From Bacillota bacterium (GTDB lineage Bacteria; Bacillota; Clostridia; Peptostreptococcales; Anaerovoracaceae): a DNA stretch of 64,000 nucleotides. The first letter of the stretch is position 1; the number at the start of each line of letters is the position of its first letter. Under the pieces are notes generated by a model, which searched no databases, had not been told where the DNA came from, and saw only the letters and a list, made by a program, of their open reading frames with translations. The position numbers and the translations under genes are program-made. Shown one piece after another: positions 62,064-64,000 of the stretch. The stretch covers positions 1,226-65,225 of the forward strand of contig JAUNDC010000009.1 of NCBI GenBank assembly GCA_030526355.1. Reading direction: 5' to 3'.

Positions 62064-63802
62064 CAGCCTCTCCCCCTTTCAAGTTCTTTTTCACTAAGCT
62101 GAGATAAAGCGATTTCTCTGTAAATATCGCACGTTTCCATCAGTTCATCATGAGTACCTATACCAGCAAGTCTGCCTTCATCCAGCACCAGTATCTGGTC
62201 TGCATCCAGTATCGTATTTATTCTCTGTGCAACAATTATGATTGTGCTGTCCTGAGCCTTTTCAGCCAGAGCCTTTCTCAAGGCCTTGTCAGTCTTGAAA
62301 TCGAGTGCCGAGAAGCTGTCATCAAAAATGAACACCTCAGGCTTCCTGAGCAGTGCTCTCGCTATTGACAACCTCTGTTTCTGGCCACCAGATACATTGG
62401 TTCCACCCTGAGCAACCTCTTCATCGAAACGATTCTCCTTCTCATTGATGAAATCGATTGCCTGTGCAGTCTCAGCCGCCTCCAGCAGTGCGTTTTCATC
62501 CGCATCGTCATTGCCGTAACGCAGATTGCTTCCTATCGTCCCCGAAAACAGCACACCCTTCTGAGGAACGTACCCTATATGCTCACGAAGCTCATGCTGG
62601 GTCAGATCCCTGATATCCACTCCGTCAAACAGCACCTTACCCTCGGTGGCATCATAGAATCGCGGTATCAGACTCACGAGAGTGGATTTGCCGCTGCCGG
62701 TTCCCCCAATTACAGCTGTAGTGCTGCCGGGTCTGGCCGTGAAGCTGATATTTTCCAAAGTCTTCTCTTCTGCCCCCGGATATGCGAAGGATACATTTCT
62801 GAATTCCACTACACCCTCATGTCTGCTTATGCTGTGCGGCTCCACCGGATCCTCAATGCTTGCCTTCACATCAAGCACCTCACCGATTCTCTGACCCGAA
62901 ACGAATGCCCTCGGGATCATGATAAACATCATTGTGATGTAAAGGAAGGACATAATCACATGCATAGCATACTGAAGGTATGCCAGCATATCTCCTATCA
63001 TGAGATTCTGCGCCTCTATAAGATGTGAGCCGGCCCATATAATAAGTATGCTTACGGCATTCATTACAAACATGAGCGCCGGCATCATAAATGACATCGC
63101 TCTGTTGACAAACATATTGATCCTGGTGAGCTCCACATTGGCACCGTCAAATCTCTCCTGTTCCTGACTCTCTGTATTAAAAGCCCTTATTACAAGTATA
63201 CCTGACAATCTTTCCTTCATTATCAGATTCAGCCTGTCAAGCTTGCTCTGCAGCACCTTGAATCTTGGCAGAACCAGAAAAAACGCCATAAGCATTATGC
63301 AGAGTATAACAACGAGTGCCACTCCGACTGTCCACGACAGTGATACGCTTGTCTGCAGCGCTCTGATTACCGCACCTATCCCCATCATCGGGGCGAAACA
63401 CGCAAGTCTGAGAATCATCACAGTCGCCTGCTGCACCATCTGCACGTCATTCGTCGAGCGTGTTATCAGTGATGCGGTAGAAAACTCATCCAGCTCAGCC
63501 GCCGAAAACCCTGTAACCTTAGCGAACAATGCACTTCTGATATCTCTCGACGAACCTGCCGCTGCCCTTGCCGCCGTATAGCTGCCTGCCGCTGCGAATA
63601 ACGCCGAGCCTGCCGCTACCAGCAGCATTATCAGTCCAGTATGCTTTATGAATGCCATATCTCCCTTGACTATACCCTCATTGATGATATCCGACATATA
63701 CCCGGGCAGTGCCAGCTCGCACATTGCCTGTCCAAACAGAAAAGCCAGATTCATAATGATGATAAAAACATATGGTTTGTAATATTTCAGCAATGTTTTC
63801 AT
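62063..63802 (-). CDS. ABC exporter, fused permease/ATPase (heterodimer partner 1)
   Basis: 6-TM domain, Walker A GGTGSGKST, signature VSGGQKQ and Walker B VFIFDDSFS. Its stop overlaps the partner's start. Confidence 0.9.
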   Translation of the reverse strand: MKTLLKYYKPYVFIIIMNLAFLFGQAMCELALPGYMSDIINEGIVKGDMAFIKHTGLIMLLVAAGSALFAAAGSYTAARAAAGSSRDIRSALFAKVTGFSAAELDEFSTASLITRSTNDVQMVQQATVMILRLACFAPMMGIGAVIRALQTSVSLSWTVGVALVVILCIMLMAFFLVLPRFKVLQSKLDRLNLIMKERLSGILVIRAFNTESQEQERFDGANVELTRINMFVNRAMSFMMPALMFVMNAVSILIIWAGSHLIEAQNLMIGDMLAYLQYAMHVIMSFLYITMMFIMIPRAFVSGQRIGEVLDVKASIEDPVEPHSISRHEGVVEFRNVSFAYPGAEEKTLENISFTARPGSTTAVIGGTGSGKSTLVSLIPRFYDATEGKVLFDGVDIRDLTQHELREHIGYVPQKGVLFSGTIGSNLRYGNDDADENALLEAAETAQAIDFINEKENRFDEEVAQGGTNVSGGQKQRLSIARALLRKPEVFIFDDSFSALDFKTDKALRKALAEKAQDSTIIIVAQRINTILDADQILVLDEGRLAGIGTHDELMETCDIYREIALSQLSEKELERGRG

Positions 63803-64000
63803 TTATCTCCTCCTGCCATTATTTTTTCAAGATTTGCTATAAGCTTACCCAGCAGAATGCCGAAAAGCTCAATTTCCTCAGCTGTCATTCCCTCCGTCAG
63901 CTGTTTTTCAAATTCACTGCTCTGCCGGTCAGCCTCAAGGCAGATACTCTCAGCCCTCTCTGTCAGATAAAGACAGTATGCCCGTTTATCCTCCTTATTC
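63799..64000 (-). CDS. MarR-family regulator, C-terminal part (5' end outside window)
   Basis: Hand translation gives ..NKEDKRAYCLYLTERAESICLEADRQSSEFEKQLTEGMTAEEIELFGILLGKLIANLEKIMAGGDK*. ATGA overlap with the ABC gene start. This is the typical MarR-ABC-ABC arrangement. Confidence 0.6.
   Translation of the reverse strand, partial: NKEDKRAYCLYLTERAESICLEADRQSSEFEKQLTEGMTAEEIELFGILLGKLIANLEKIMAGGDK

Noticed and set aside
1-64000. Prophage, ICE, IS element or defence island
   Set aside because: I recognised no integrase, transposase, recombinase, capsid/terminase, restriction-modification, cas or toxin-antitoxin genes anywhere in the window. I also found no tRNA or rRNA genes that could serve as att sites.

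Overview
This 64-kb segment looks chromosomal and comes from a strictly anaerobic Firmicute. The gene content is Clostridia-type: a SCIFF ranthipeptide pair, a trimeric HydABC [FeFe]-hydrogenase, flavodiiron/rubredoxin proteins, MoaA/MoaC/MoaB-MOSC, and many transporters and one-component regulators. I call about 50 CDS (two partial at the window edges), one decayed XRE pseudogene and one 51-aa ORF missing from the ORF track. I saw no rRNA, tRNA, cas, integrase or transposase genes. Most of the coding content is ordinary.

The strongest unexplained signal is non-coding. Three sequence-unrelated families of ~43-nt long-loop hairpins sit in arrays on the same ~73-bp lattice:
- arms TTTCATCGGTA/TACCGATGAAA at 23556-24187 (9 units);
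- arms TTTTCGACGTG/CACGTCGAAAA at 19282-19590 (4 units, upstream of the SCIFF gene);
- a composite array at 58685-59213 that switches arm family (to AGTCTCCAAAT/ATTTGGAGACT) without losing the lattice.

Orphan copies lie at ~2565 and 27295. The composite array lies directly after a GIY-YIG nuclease gene, in a 1.9-kb gene-poor region (57560-59420) that also holds iteron-like repeats.

Other points worth a second look:
- a translationally coupled MoxR-type AAA+ / HExxH-VWA gene pair (3832-6800);
- a hybrid-kinase / Cys-rich protein / 51-aa ORF operon;
- short tandem repeats seeded on the last codons of several CDS;
- intrinsic terminators with unusually long loops;
- a candidate Rex box with phased A/T tracts upstream of hydCBA;
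- a MerR-type promoter with a 19-bp spacer;
- a terminator-type leader upstream of pnuC.

All family assignments come from reading motifs by eye. No searches were run.
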